The position numbers and the translations under genes are program-made. A DNA stretch of 64,000 bases from positions 186,001 to 250,000 of the forward strand of contig OZ025726.1 of assembly GCA_964019335.1 (NCBI GenBank), in the 5' to 3' direction. Source of the stretch: Diplonema japonicum (taxonomy: Eukaryota; Protista; Euglenozoa: Diplonemea). This document shows positions 1 through 10,994 of the stretch, piece after piece; positions within the stretch are counted from its first letter, which is position 1; each line of letters begins with the position of its first letter. The notes under the pieces are model-generated. The model did not search any database. It was not told the origin of the DNA and saw only the letters and a list, made by a program, of their open reading frames with translations.

Positions 1-1001
1 CGTGAAGGGAGTACGGATCCAAGGACCTGTCCGGCCGCATGTCGTAAAGGAGAAAAGCCGAGCCTTTTCGAGGGTGGACCTGCAGGCCTTGCTGACAAGC
101 GGACTCCTTATAATTGGGAGGGTTCCGCCCGCCGTTGGCGCGGGGTATCGTGGTGGCACCACCCGCCTCCGTATCATTCAGGTAGATGAAGAAGGTGGCC
201 ATTCGGTTGGAAGACTGCTTGCCGTACATGTTGGGATCGAAGTCTTTTTTTTTTTTTTTTTTTCTCCCTTCCCCATTTCATACAATCATGATGCGAGTCA
301 TAGTGCTGGTCCTGCCCGTAGTGAAGGACATTCATAGGTTCGTGCCAAGTAGTTTGCAACATGGTCTGTGTTCTCTTATTCAAGTTTCCGAAGTTTGCGC
401 CATCCAAATTAAGCCACGTTGATTTCGACGTCCTCACCTCCTGAGTTGACGACTCTCCTGCTTTATGCTTTAACGTAAGTGCGACCTGCGAGCGAAGGAG
501 TTTTGGTTCGCACTCTCTTACGACGGCCTCGACTTCAGCATCCGTGGCGAATTTCGGAAAAAATATTATCCTCGGTTTTGTAGACACTGTGATGAACAGG
601 CGGTCCTCTCGGTCTGGGTACTTAAACGCAGGGTTCTCTCCATATTCATAACCAGGGGGCAGCTTGTCGCCATCGATTTTCGTTATGTCGTAGTCCGCCT
701 TGATGGCTTTGCTGTCATACTGTGCGAGCTTCGCACCTACGGGCAGACCGTGGAAATCCCATTCTCCTTCTTCCGGTATATCAAGTCCATTCCACTTTTT
801 CATTTTCCGATCGTCCTTCTTCTCTGGTTTTGAGGAGGTTGTTTTCCCCCCTTTTTGCAGGTAGTCCACCACCCCGTGCCGTTCTAACCGTTCTTGGTGG
901 CTACCTAAATTCGGCCACACGAAAATACTGCCCAAAGTGATCATTGAGCACATCGAAATAGTAAGGATCCACACCAGCATCTTGGAGGGTCGCCAACCCA
1001 T
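1..1001 (-). CDS. Prolyl 4-hydroxylase alpha-like 2OG-Fe(II) dioxygenase, N-terminal membrane anchor (3' end runs off window)
   Basis: VRTSKSTWL and YDSHHD|YFD...NRMATFFIYLND..GG motifs are restored by removing GT-AG intron 244-283. Confidence 0.9.
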
Positions 1002-1089
1002 TTTTCTTCAAATATTGTGTGTCCTGTGGAGGGGGGAGGAGGTGTTTCTTACAAGACAATACAAATATAATATCATCAGTTTAACTCCC

Positions 1090-2079
1090 TCACATAGTGC
1101 CGACATCGATGGTATACACAGCATGGGTGTCGCGGTCTTCATATTCAACCTTTGAGATGGTTAGTTGGGGTATGGCGAGCAAGCCGTCTTTTCTTGCAGT
1201 TTCGATTTCTTCTACCAAGCCTTCCATACCACCCGATGCTACCCATGTTTTGAAGTTTCCGTAGTGGCCGGATTGGAACTCCATGACAGTGTTGCGGAAC
1301 TGTGAAAGATTCCAGAAGCCGTAGGCTTTGGGGGTGAAGTCAAGAACGAGGATCTTCCCGTCGTGGGTTTTTTTGGCCATTTCTTCGACGATGGCGATGC
1401 GACGCTTGGGGTCCAGCTCGTGCAGACACATTGATATAACAGAGTGTGTGAACTTCTTGTCGAGATTCTTCAAATCAAGGACGTCAAGGTTCATGGGAGT
1501 GACGTTCGAAAAACGCTTTTGAGAAAAAAGCTTCACAGCGCTGTTGTACGCGGCAGTATCCTTGTCAATGGTGGTGATAGAGCCATCTTTATCATAAGTC
1601 TCCAAGGCTATCATGCCAGTTAGAACTGCGTTCCCCGTACCAACGTCGAGAATCACTGGGCGTTGGGTATTTTCGAACTCCTTTACGAGTAGTACTCTTG
1701 TTAAAAAGGCTGATTTTCCGTCGTCGTAAAAAAAAATAAATATTGGCACGCCGAGTACCGTCACCATCGACACCACCTTGATCAAGGATGCTACCCATGA
1801 TTTCAGCCCGCCTCCTCGGGACCTCTTCCCGTGCCATAGTTCTGCCGCCCAGTTGTTGACGCCGACCGTCGCCACTTTTGGCCGCCAGCCTTTTTTCGAG
1901 CTTCCCCTGGCTTGAGCGAGTTTCATGCCCGAGCTGATGCCGACGGAGGACTCGTAGCCCTTCTCGCTTCGCTTCCGCCCCATCTCCCGTATCTTCATCT
2001 CGGCTTTCAAACGTCTTTTCTCGTCGAGCGTTACCTTCCCTCCCCCTTCGCACAGTGTTCTGCAGGTCCGGCGTAGCAT
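1090..2079 (-). CDS. Class I SAM-dependent methyltransferase, probable mitochondrial presequence and one TM segment
   Basis: ILDVGTGNA SAM motif I, LHEL and VLDF motifs; start taken at MLRRTCR after an A-run (the poly-K/F ORF extension upstream is intergenic). Confidence 0.8.
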   Translation of the reverse strand: MLRRTCRTLCEGGGKVTLDEKRRLKAEMKIREMGRKRSEKGYESSVGISSGMKLAQARGSSKKGWRPKVATVGVNNWAAELWHGKRSRGGGLKSWVASLIKVVSMVTVLGVPIFIFFYDDGKSAFLTRVLLVKEFENTQRPVILDVGTGNAVLTGMIALETYDKDGSITTIDKDTAAYNSAVKLFSQKRFSNVTPMNLDVLDLKNLDKKFTHSVISMCLHELDPKRRIAIVEEMAKKTHDGKILVLDFTPKAYGFWNLSQFRNTVMEFQSGHYGNFKTWVASGGMEGLVEEIETARKDGLLAIPQLTISKVEYEDRDTHAVYTIDVGTM

Positions 2080-2230
2080 ATCTTTTTTTTTTTCTTTTTT
2101 TTTTTTTCTCTTTTTTTTTTTTAAATATGTGATGCTTAGCAGGGGAGAAAATAGAAAAAGATCAACATAATAAAAGGGTTTTTTTTTTTTTTTTTTTTTT
2201 TTTCGTTGTTGTGGAACGAAAAAAAACCTT

Positions 2231-2261
<31 letters not shown>

Positions 2262-2314
2262 GCCCCCATATTTTTTTTTCTTCCGCCCTGTGTAACGGAA
2301 ACACACGCGATTAC

Positions 2315-2349
<35 letters not shown>

Positions 2350-2390
2350 AGGAGAAGCCTATCAACTCACTTATATTTATTTACCACTCA

Positions 2391-4184
2391 TCACGCTCTC
2401 AACAGATCGTAGAGGACCCCTTCCAAGACACCGGATAATTCTGCGGAACCGCCTTTTTCGTAGGACGTGATGGCCAAGGGGACGGTCTCGGGGAAGAGCT
2501 GGTATCCCACCCCGTACCCCGTTGCCGAGACAGGGCCGAAACCGAACGTTGCAAGGAAAGGAGACGTCACGTTCGAAGTCGACAAGGTCCATGTGGACGA
2601 TTTCTTAAAGGCAGAGGACGTGAACAAGGGGTGGGGGGAGGCAGGGTCATCGCGGGCCTGATTAAGAGACAGCAAATGTCTGTCGATGCCCTCCCCTTGA
2701 AGGGTGTACCCTGTAATGTTACGGTGCATTGTAGTGGCGTTGACCAACAGCTGTCTCAAGTCCTTCTTACCCCCTTCCTTAACACACTTCGCCAGTTCTA
2801 CCACCTCAGGTGTGCACGAACGTATAGTGTCGGTCCTACCCCTCCAGAAATTCCGCATTGAAGCTGATTCGTATGTAGCAGCAATCTCACCGTGCTTCAG
2901 GTAATACGCAACTTGAAGACAAACCTGGAAATACGCGTCGGGTGGCATTTTTGCAGCTTTAATCTGGCTGCTTCCCACCGTCGTGATCTCTCTGAACGCC
3001 ATGTCAAGTGACTCCGACACTGTTCGATTCTTCTCCCTGGCGATGGCGACGAGCTTTTCCGGGACTTCCCCCACGGAAAGCGGTTGGGGAATGGCGGTGG
3101 GGTTTGTTTGCGACACCGGGCTGGTTTTTTCCATGTATATCTCCCAGGATTTTGCCAGCCAGGTGTTCCAATAAGCACCGTCTGCAGGAGCGTGTTCCAT
3201 GACCAACCCGACATTGCACTGCGGTGTGGACGTGATCATCAGCTTGTCCCACCATCTGTCCGCAATTGTGTCGGGAAGACCGACAAGATGCGACCTGCAC
3301 TGTTCAACCATTGGAAGTTCCTTGTCGTTGCTGTCAAGACTGACAATAAACAAAGCGTTGTCGATAATGTCGACGGTGTGCTTGGTGTTGGGATCCTTCA
3401 TGATAACGCTTCTCGAATCCGCCCAGTCGGTTCTGTCATCCGACGTGAGAACAGCAATCTCTCTCGATGCGTCTTGCGGGGTACCATGGGCAATAATTGA
3501 TTCAAGACTCTCCGTTAGGCTCTCAACAGATACGTTAGAAACAACGACCTTGTAAGGTTTCCCCTTGAAGAACACTACGATGTAGTCGGAGTCAGGGCAA
3601 TGGTGGATCGTGTCGGCAACCGCTCCAGGTATCCTTGACGTCGCGATGATGTAAGGAAATGTCCCCATGCACAACGGGCCTGCTTTCGTTTGTTCGACAG
3701 CGGTGTTACCCTTTTTGAGATCGGCCCACCAAGAGGTGGCCGACCATATGACCCTTGCCGTGACAGAAGCTTGGCTTTTATCATCATCGTGTTTCTTGAA
3801 TATGTAGTAAGGGTTTGAGTTTACAGGGCATGGGCATCTCATGCCCAGATACATATCGTCCCAGTAAGGTTGGAAGTGGAATGCTGGGTATCCCCCGTGT
3901 TTGCTTGCTTCGTGATCGCGTTGTACGATTTTGTTTTGCAGGGACGGGCCTTCGGTGTTTAAGAATTCTTGTGTGGCGTTGAGCTGGGACTTGTACTCCT
4001 CTTCCGTGCACACTGCTTTCACTGACGACAGGTATTTTTCTATGGTTCCCTTTAGTTCGGGAATCGGGACGCGGGGCAGCCCCAGCGTGTTCTTAGACGG
4101 CAGCTCTTCGAACTTGTAGAACCGTTTCTCCCCTCGTGCGGCGGCCCTCGTTGCTGTTGTTACGCATCTTGAATGTCTTCTCAT
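2391..4184 (-). CDS. Carnitine/choline O-acyltransferase (CPT2/CAT-like)
   Basis: LPRVPIPEL, RWWDK, EHAPADG catalytic His, TYESASMR..GRTDTIR, GIDRHL, LSTS, FGPV..GYGVGY motifs. Confidence 0.92.
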   Translation of the reverse strand: MRRHSRCVTTATRAAARGEKRFYKFEELPSKNTLGLPRVPIPELKGTIEKYLSSVKAVCTEEEYKSQLNATQEFLNTEGPSLQNKIVQRDHEASKHGGYPAFHFQPYWDDMYLGMRCPCPVNSNPYYIFKKHDDDKSQASVTARVIWSATSWWADLKKGNTAVEQTKAGPLCMGTFPYIIATSRIPGAVADTIHHCPDSDYIVVFFKGKPYKVVVSNVSVESLTESLESIIAHGTPQDASREIAVLTSDDRTDWADSRSVIMKDPNTKHTVDIIDNALFIVSLDSNDKELPMVEQCRSHLVGLPDTIADRWWDKLMITSTPQCNVGLVMEHAPADGAYWNTWLAKSWEIYMEKTSPVSQTNPTAIPQPLSVGEVPEKLVAIAREKNRTVSESLDMAFREITTVGSSQIKAAKMPPDAYFQVCLQVAYYLKHGEIAATYESASMRNFWRGRTDTIRSCTPEVVELAKCVKEGGKKDLRQLLVNATTMHRNITGYTLQGEGIDRHLLSLNQARDDPASPHPLFTSSAFKKSSTWTLSTSNVTSPFLATFGFGPVSATGYGVGYQLFPETVPLAITSYEKGGSAELSGVLEGVLYDLLRA

Positions 4185-4632
4185 TTTTTTTTTTTTTTTC
4201 CTTTCTTCGTTCCTTTCTCCCCCTCCTCCTTCTCCTGTCGACTGATAACAACATTAGTTTTTTTTTTCTTCTTTTTCTTTTTTGAATAATAAAAAAGGGT
4301 TTTTTTTTTATGAAAGACTATAGCTTTCTTGTTTCCAAGCAGCTGACATCTGGTGAGGGGGGATGGAGGGAAAATGTGCGTGTGTTTGTGTGAGAGCTTG
4401 GGGAAAGAAAAAAAAAAACAAAAAAAAACAAAAGAGAGAAAGAAAGAAAGAAAGAAAAAAGTGCGCGCGTGTGCTTTGATCACGATTCTATAAAATCCGG
4501 AATAAAAAACAAGATGTAAGACCCTTCTTTTTTTCTTGTTCTTTTTTTTTTAATTTCACTTTCTCTTCTTCTTGATAATGAAAGCCTCCCCCCCCCCCCC
4601 CCCCCCTCTCCCCTCCCCAGCCGAAGATTAAC

Positions 4633-4664
<32 letters not shown>

Positions 4665-4667
4665 AAA

Positions 4668-5399
4668 GAGACATTTACGGGTACCTGCGGTATGTGGCAG
4701 GACGCCTGAAGAGTCTCAATCTAGCTCTTGATCGAACCTTTCTGCTGTGGTGTGGCCCTCGTTCACCCTCCTCGGTACCTTAGGTATAAAACCCTCAACC
4801 GAGTTGGTAAAGGACACAATAGTTGTACAGTTGTTTCTCAAGGATGTGGCGGGTCGCCGGGGAGGCGAATACCGGCCTAGAGGAGTAGCCCCTTATGGAG
4901 CCGTTGTAGTAACCCAACGTGCGTAGGGAGTGGACAGAGTCTACCGAAGCAGCTGGAATGAGGGGCGCTATGCGCTTATTGGTGTGGATGCGTTCTAGTG
5001 CCGCTATCACCCTGCCTATGACACGCGCGCTCTCCTGGATGTCCTCACCCTCTCCACAAGGCGAGAGTCCCTCTGTGGCAATGAAGTCCACGGCCAGCTC
5101 AAGCCTGGAGACCTGTCCACCTGTTGTGCCCCAGTGAAGGGCCGAGAGCCATCGGATGACGTGCGGGAATAGCCGCGGGAGGTACTGCTGCCTCAAACCA
5201 TTGTCGTAGTACCACCTCAGTGACCGCGGCTTGAGCAAACACCCCTTCTCGAAGGGCCTGTTCCACAAGTGTTCGCAGGTGGACCTTCAGGAGCTTCCTG
5301 ACCTCGTGCTTCAGGGCCCTTGGCTCCAGGGGTACCCATTGCCGCGCGAACTGCGCCCAGCTGGACCCCAGTTCCCCCAACAGTTCGTGGGTCTGTCCG
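4668..5399 (-). mobile_element. Heavily 5'-truncated non-LTR retrotransposon relic (C-terminal ORF fragment plus 3' UTR)
   Basis: ORF 4795-5268 shares WLSxLxW...ELAVDF...G...YSSRPVF with the C-terminus of the RT element at 30166-32748 (WLSQLRW...ELAIDF...FSRRPIF). Confidence 0.75.
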
Positions 5400-6203
5400 A
5401 AAAAAAAGCTCTTTCTCATAAAGATAATTATGCAAAAGAAGGATCTACTCTTCAAAATTTACTTCAGGTGCAGCCGCGGTACATGGCTTGAAGTTCGATC
5501 CTCTTGAAGAGGGAGGATGCCTGCTAGCGGGGCAGGTGTGTCGGTGCAACCACGATGAAGTAACCTCTAGAGTGACATGAAAAATAAAACCCCCAGTTCA
5601 TTCACCCGCAAAAAAGTAATGATTTCCCACCGTCATCTATATCTGCATGGGACCAACCCATCACCCCCCCAAAAAAAAAGCAGGAGGCAATACCACCCGA
5701 AGGCCCTGTTCTATTGATGTCCCTCTTTCGTTCCTACTAAAGAGAAGACCAAGGGGGCGGGGGGGTCGAATAAGAGAAGGGGCAGAGGGCTGGAAAAAGA
5801 AGGAAAGAAAAGAGAGAAGAAAGAAAACTCGTCCCGTGACAGAAAAGTTACGGGTTGTTGTTGTTGGGGGGGGGGGGGGGGGGGGGTTCCCTATTTTTTT
5901 AAATTTAATCAGACTCATCCTGCTGGCTTGCCAAGCCCACCTCTCTCCCCTATGTTTGTTGAGAGAGACCGGATGTGTTTTTTTTTTTGTTCCTTGAGTG
6001 ACGCTACATGTAAAACAAGACCTGTGCCCCCAGTGGGGAGTTCCTCGTCCACAGGTTTTGGCAATTATTATTGTTATTTTTTTTTTTTTTTTTTTTTTTG
6101 CGCACATTACGTATATACCCCAAAGACGTTTCATCTTTGAAAAAGGTTGTCGGAAAAAAAACTTCCCCCCCCCCCCCCCACACCCCACCCCTTGTATTTG
6201 TAT

Positions 6204-9200
6204 CTAATCGGCTATGGGTTGCATTTCCTTCCACACCTCATTGAGAAGGGGTTCGTTGAAGTGGTCGACGTTTCCTTTACGAACCGACATAGAGGTGTTG
6301 GAGTTACGCGAGGTTGGCGAATTGATGAAGGAACCTGGTCTGTTGTCGCCGAGAGGTGAGTCGTAGGAGAGCGCGGCGGCGTCCTCGCCGAACCCTGCCA
6401 TCATCTTGTCCGCAAGGGAGTTGTACTTGTTCTTGCCGAGCTTGTAGAGGAGTTGGAAGTGCTGTCGGAGTTTTTTCCATCTGAAGCGTGCCTTGGCCTC
6501 CTTCGACATCGGGTCGTTGATACTGAGAATCTTTGCAGAAGTATCGATAACTACCTTGCCGTGGGACACGCCTTGCAACAACTGCAAACCTTCTCGTGTT
6601 TCCCCATCGATTGTAACCGAACCTTTGATCAGAACATGGTGCATCCCTGCTTGGAGAATTGATGTGTTCGCGGCAGCTTGGTCGCCTGTTACAAGGTTTC
6701 CCGTTTCACAGAATTTTTGAATATCCAGCTGGTTCCAGTACTTGTACGGGTCCGTGGTTGAGAGTAGCCAGAATGCAGCTTCGACAGCTGCGGCTTTCCA
6801 AAGTTCCTTCGCAAGAAGCGGGTATTTTCCCATCCAGGGCCCGATCGATTCGCTTCGGTACCTGAGTATCTTCATATCTGTGTCGGCGAAAACATCGGTC
6901 ATGAAGGATGTCTTGCACAGGAGGTTGGACAGGCCGATGCATTCCCCGGTGCCGAAGTAGTATTCTTTCCCGTCGTGTCGAACCTTTGCCACGCCGCTGA
7001 CGATTACAACGAAGCTTGTTTTTGCGTTTTCCTTGTCGATGATTCTGTCTCTCTTCCGGTGGGGTTCGACCCTTCCGTTGATTTTGAACTCCTGCGTGCA
7101 CGCGTTTTCGACACGGTGCATCCACCTGATCTCGTCCTGTATCACCGCCTCAACTTCCGTGGCCGGCATTTGCGACGATGCCTTTGCCAGTTTGTTCATT
7201 TTCTTTTCGACGATTTCCCGTAGTTTTGCCGCGTCGCTTTCGTCAATTTGCCCGATCTTTTTCATGGTGTGGACCTTTTCTCTTGCGGCATTGAGGACCG
7301 ATCTCGCCGCGTGCCGGGTTTGAATCGCAATGGATATCTGAACCCTCTCCTTGGACAGATCCTGTACATGCGCGAAGCATCCTGCTCGAAGAGACTTACA
7401 GTGAACCTTGATTTTGTTGGCTGCCTTGCAATCAGAAACAACACCGTCTATTTTGTCAAGAACGTCTTCATGCGCGCGAACAAGGCAGTTTGCAACATCG
7501 AATCCTGCAGCCCAACGGTTTTCCTTCCATGTTGTGGAATAAGACGACAGTTGAGACCTGCACATTGGAAGCGTAAGGGAAAGCCCTCCCAACTTCGAGG
7601 CCACGAAGGATTCGTCCCAGTACTTGTTCAAGACGTCGGGTTGGATGAAACTCCCCGGGATCACTTTGGCCCGCTCGCAAAATTTCACCACACGCGGGAT
7701 CGTAACGGATGCGATGAAACCGTGTTCGTACTGCTGCCAGACGCTTGATTTGATGATTTTGAAGTACGCCATTCGAGCTTCTTCTTCCGAAGATAACGCG
7801 TCGTCTTCGTTGTCGTCTTCAGAAGGAAGGTACGGGTTGACGACCCCTTCGTGCGTGTACCTGTTCACCGTTTGCCAGTTCGCGTCAGAGATGACGTGAG
7901 ATATCTTCAGCTCTCGAATGGTGTCGTGTTGTGTAACGAGGACCTCGTTGAAGCACTTTTCGAGCAGGCGTTTTTGTGCGAGTGAGATTTTTGCCAGGTC
8001 GAAATATTTCACAACGAACTGTGCGGTGACGCCGTTCACAACGAGCGTCAACGCCACAAGCCCCACGACGTGGAACAAAAACTGCGTTCCGAGGTTGGGG
8101 TGCACGCATTTGATCTCCTTGTCGTTGGCGATGATTAAGGTCAACGCTAGCCCGACAGCACCGCGGAGACCTCCCCACCACACCAAGACAGCCTCGCTCT
8201 TTTCAAGTGTCCATGCTGCAAACGACGTCAGCGGTTTATAAGTCGACACCAGAAGTATCGCACGAACAAGATTAATGATTAGGTACGAAAGGAACATGTA
8301 TCCCACGTCCGTTCCCGTTATGGTGTCGAAGCGTGACGATGAAGCGACCAACCCCACCAAGATGAAGATTAATGTGTTTGTGAGATACACTGTCATCTCC
8401 CAGAATTCGTGGAGGGTGTGTTCGACTTCCGGTGATATCGCTTGCCTGTGGTGGGACAGCCATACCCCAAGAACCACCAACGCCAGGACACCGGAGACTT
8501 TTAAAAAACCCTCCGCGACGAAAAATGTAAGATACGCACAGCAGACTGTGATGGTGATTTCGAGGAGTGCGTCGTTGAAGATCTTCGACAAGCACCACTC
8601 CCCGATCACACCAGCGACCAGACCGACACAGGGCCCGCCTGCGGCGACCCATAAAAATTGTTTTATAGTTTCGAATACGGATAAATCATATGTTCCCTTC
8701 ACAACACCGTCCTTCAGGATGTTGAACAAAACGATGGCTGTCCCGTCGTTGAGCAACGACTCGCCTTCGATGAGCGACGCGATGGATGCGGGTGCTCCAA
8801 GCTCCTTCAACAACGCCACAACAGCAACCGGATCCGTGGCCGATACTATCGCCCCGTATAGAATGCACGTTACCCAAGACCAGTCGTACACGCCCACGCC
8901 TGCTGTTGTGAATAAAAACCTGCACAATACCGCTGTCAACCCCGTGGCTACTAAGATCCCCGGCCCTGCAAGAACAAGACAATACACCAAAACCTTTTTG
9001 AAGATGTGCCAGTCGAGGCTGAACGCCGACTCGAAGATCAGAATAGGCAGGAAGATAAACATGATGAGATGCGGGTTCATATCGGCAATAGTGATGTACT
9101 TCTCTGTGTCGTTACCCAACGCGCGAGCGAAGAGACCTATCAGTACCCCGATGATGAAGAGGAGGATAGTGTACGGGATCTTGTTGAAGGGCGGCACCGA

Positions 9201-9686
9201 GAAATAGTACCGGAGCATCCCGCCCAACACGAAGGAGAAGAATATGAAGAAGATGACATAAGGCGGTTCGTCGTGACCGTGCACATGCTCGCAAGTGTCG
9301 AGCAGCAGACACGTGTGGTACTTGCTGTCGTAAGAACATGTCAGTTCCGCGCCCGATAATGTTAGATTTTCTGCGTCGGGACATTCACACGCGCCATGCG
9401 GCCCGCTGTGGTTGCTCCCATGACCTGGGGTGTGGCCGTGGCTTTCATCTCCTGGGGTGTGGCCGTGGCTTTCATCTCCTGGGGCATGACCGTGTGCGTG
9501 CTCCTCGGGTTCGTCAGAGTTACTACCATGTCCATGTCCATGTTCCTCAGGCGATGTAGAATTAAGATCCTCAGGAACCGGCGGGAGCGGCGCACTGGTC
9601 GAGTTATCAGTGGCAGGCTCCTGCGTGTCCGGTGCCACCGTAACCGATACAAGGGCAACTGCTACAAACACATGAAATGTGATCAT
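6204..9686 (-). CDS. Na+/H+ exchanger, SOS1/SLC9C-like (CPA1) with C-terminal cyclic-nucleotide-binding-like domain and His-rich N-terminus
   Basis: FLPILIFESAF, SATDPVAVVALL, EGESLLNDG, WGGLRGAVGLAL; signal-peptide-like MITFHVFVAVALVS taken as start. Confidence 0.9.
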   Translation of the reverse strand: MITFHVFVAVALVSVTVAPDTQEPATDNSTSAPLPPVPEDLNSTSPEEHGHGHGSNSDEPEEHAHGHAPGDESHGHTPGDESHGHTPGHGSNHSGPHGACECPDAENLTLSGAELTCSYDSKYHTCLLLDTCEHVHGHDEPPYVIFFIFFSFVLGGMLRYYFSVPPFNKIPYTILLFIIGVLIGLFARALGNDTEKYITIADMNPHLIMFIFLPILIFESAFSLDWHIFKKVLVYCLVLAGPGILVATGLTAVLCRFLFTTAGVGVYDWSWVTCILYGAIVSATDPVAVVALLKELGAPASIASLIEGESLLNDGTAIVLFNILKDGVVKGTYDLSVFETIKQFLWVAAGGPCVGLVAGVIGEWCLSKIFNDALLEITITVCCAYLTFFVAEGFLKVSGVLALVVLGVWLSHHRQAISPEVEHTLHEFWEMTVYLTNTLIFILVGLVASSSRFDTITGTDVGYMFLSYLIINLVRAILLVSTYKPLTSFAAWTLEKSEAVLVWWGGLRGAVGLALTLIIANDKEIKCVHPNLGTQFLFHVVGLVALTLVVNGVTAQFVVKYFDLAKISLAQKRLLEKCFNEVLVTQHDTIRELKISHVISDANWQTVNRYTHEGVVNPYLPSEDDNEDDALSSEEEARMAYFKIIKSSVWQQYEHGFIASVTIPRVVKFCERAKVIPGSFIQPDVLNKYWDESFVASKLGGLSLTLPMCRSQLSSYSTTWKENRWAAGFDVANCLVRAHEDVLDKIDGVVSDCKAANKIKVHCKSLRAGCFAHVQDLSKERVQISIAIQTRHAARSVLNAAREKVHTMKKIGQIDESDAAKLREIVEKKMNKLAKASSQMPATEVEAVIQDEIRWMHRVENACTQEFKINGRVEPHRKRDRIIDKENAKTSFVVIVSGVAKVRHDGKEYYFGTGECIGLSNLLCKTSFMTDVFADTDMKILRYRSESIGPWMGKYPLLAKELWKAAAVEAAFWLLSTTDPYKYWNQLDIQKFCETGNLVTGDQAAANTSILQAGMHHVLIKGSVTIDGETREGLQLLQGVSHGKVVIDTSAKILSINDPMSKEAKARFRWKKLRQHFQLLYKLGKNKYNSLADKMMAGFGEDAAALSYDSPLGDNRPGSFINSPTSRNSNTSMSVRKGNVDHFNEPLLNEVWKEMQPIAD
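9421..9492. repeat. 27-nt in-frame tandem repeat encoding PGDESHGHT
   Basis: cctggggtgtggccgtggctttcatct present twice plus a partial copy. Confidence 0.8.
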
Positions 9687-9765
9687 TATATACTGTACGG
9701 GGTGGGTGTGAGACGACAAAAAAAAAAACAAAAAGCAAACATTTTCTTTTCTTTTCTTTCTTCTT

Positions 9766-10398
9766 CTACGGAATACGTGATTCATATTTAGGATCTTTTT
9801 TCGAGTTGTAATTGGACGCAGGCCAAGCAGAGGTGACCTTTCTGGACATGGGGAAAGGCGTCTTCGTGTGTTTGTTAATATCGGGATGGAGAACGCTCTC
9901 TGGTCGTTGCGTTGCTGTGGTGGTGGGGTGGGCGGTGCGCTTTGATTGGAACGGGGACAGCATCCCAAGCTCGGGGACGTTGGAGTAAAGGTCTTGGACA
10001 GACCGGGGGATATTCGTCTTGGGGGAGGTGTCAAAGGGAGGTTTGAACCTGATCTGTGCCAGCTCTTGTGAAATGGCTGACGATCTAGGGTTCTTGTCTT
10101 CAAACATACTGTTGAAACCAGCCCCGGTAGCTTTCATCAACAAGGACTCTGTTTTGAACTCGCTAGGTACCACGTCCCAGTAATCCCCCCCTTCTGTACT
10201 TTCCCTTCTCAATCGCAGCCAGTTTCTTATTGTCACGTCCCTCTTTTCTTTCGGCAGCCTTTCCAGGAGCTTCTCCCTCTTAGCCCGTGTCACCGCATTC
10301 CCTGACGACATGAAATCTTCCAACTGTGTTTGGGAATACCCTTGAGGCCTGCCGCGTTGAAGCCACTTTGCTCGCAGTGCAGCGGTTCTCTTCATCAT
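9766..10398 (-). CDS. Hypothetical protein, basic N-terminus (possibly mitochondrial)
   Basis: 210-aa ORF with coding-like composition in the gene-strand orientation; no family recognised. Confidence 0.65.
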   Translation of the reverse strand: MMKRTAALRAKWLQRGRPQGYSQTQLEDFMSSGNAVTRAKREKLLERLPKEKRDVTIRNWLRLRRESTEGGDYWDVVPSEFKTESLLMKATGAGFNSMFEDKNPRSSAISQELAQIRFKPPFDTSPKTNIPRSVQDLYSNVPELGMLSPFQSKRTAHPTTTATQRPESVLHPDINKHTKTPFPMSRKVTSAWPASNYNSKKDPKYESRIP

Positions 10399-10453
10399 TT
10401 ATCCTCCGCCACCACCCTCCCTGTCTTTCTTTTGAATGTGAAAAAAAAAAAAG

Positions 10454-10484
<31 letters not shown>

Positions 10485-10490
10485 CATCAT

Positions 10491-10994
10491 TTATTCCTTT
10501 TTCCGCGCGTCCAGGGTTTTCAAAATGAACGGTGCCGCCAGGAAGGCTACCGCCGCAATGCTAGCAAGGATAAGGCCTGCAAGGAGCAGTGTGTCTCGTC
10601 CTGGGATCACACCCCATGTCAGTTCGTCAAGACGGACGTGGAGTGTGACCTCTGACGCTGAGATGCCTGGGTATCGTGTGCCCTCAGGCTCAGCTGTTAG
10701 CCGGATTAAGTACCCACTGGTCGTCTCACACGTGAATTTCTCCTTCTCGACGTTTAGCAGGCTACGGGTGTGTCCGGTCTTTTTTTCGTTTTCCCTGCTT
10801 ACTTGGATACTTACCTTCACAGGCGTGACTGCCTTGTAGGATACCTTTACCTCATAAGAGTTGTTTGGCACGCATGTTGCCCTGACGAATTCTTCAAATG
10901 GAGGTGTCCCCCTTAATAGCACGACGCCGTCAGGGGTCACGAGGGGGGGCTCACCAATCGCCAGGACCGCAGATAGGACAAGACACACTTGCAT
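10491..10994 (-). CDS. Pga1-like (GPI mannosyltransferase II co-factor-like) single-pass membrane protein
   Basis: Signal peptide, YEVKVSY..P, RSLLNVEK, AEPEG, LDELTWGVIP, C-terminal TM and ARKKE ER-retrieval-like tail resemble plant Pga1-family proteins (from memory). Confidence 0.55.
   Translation of the reverse strand: MQVCLVLSAVLAIGEPPLVTPDGVVLLRGTPPFEEFVRATCVPNNSYEVKVSYKAVTPVKVSIQVSRENEKKTGHTRSLLNVEKEKFTCETTSGYLIRLTAEPEGTRYPGISASEVTLHVRLDELTWGVIPGRDTLLLAGLILASIAAVAFLAAPFILKTLDARKKE

Noticed and set aside
4695-4750. Hammerhead core CTGAAGA in the LINE 3' UTR (+ strand)
   Set aside because: Followed by GAAC rather than GAAA, with no separate stems I and III or UH site
5525-5556. U1-like TTGCAC loop (- strand)
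   Set aside because: No ACTTACCTG-type 5' end or U1-70K loop
6019-6062. Second HDV-like fold (GACCTGT/ACAGGTT with TCCTCG loop)
   Set aside because: No P1.1 GG directly after P1, and no P4, J4/2 or P2; better read as a branched hairpin
9687-10103. N-terminal 139 aa of the 1299-aa ORF
   Set aside because: Overlaps the neighbouring gene and an intergenic tract; the signal-peptide Met at 9686 is more plausible
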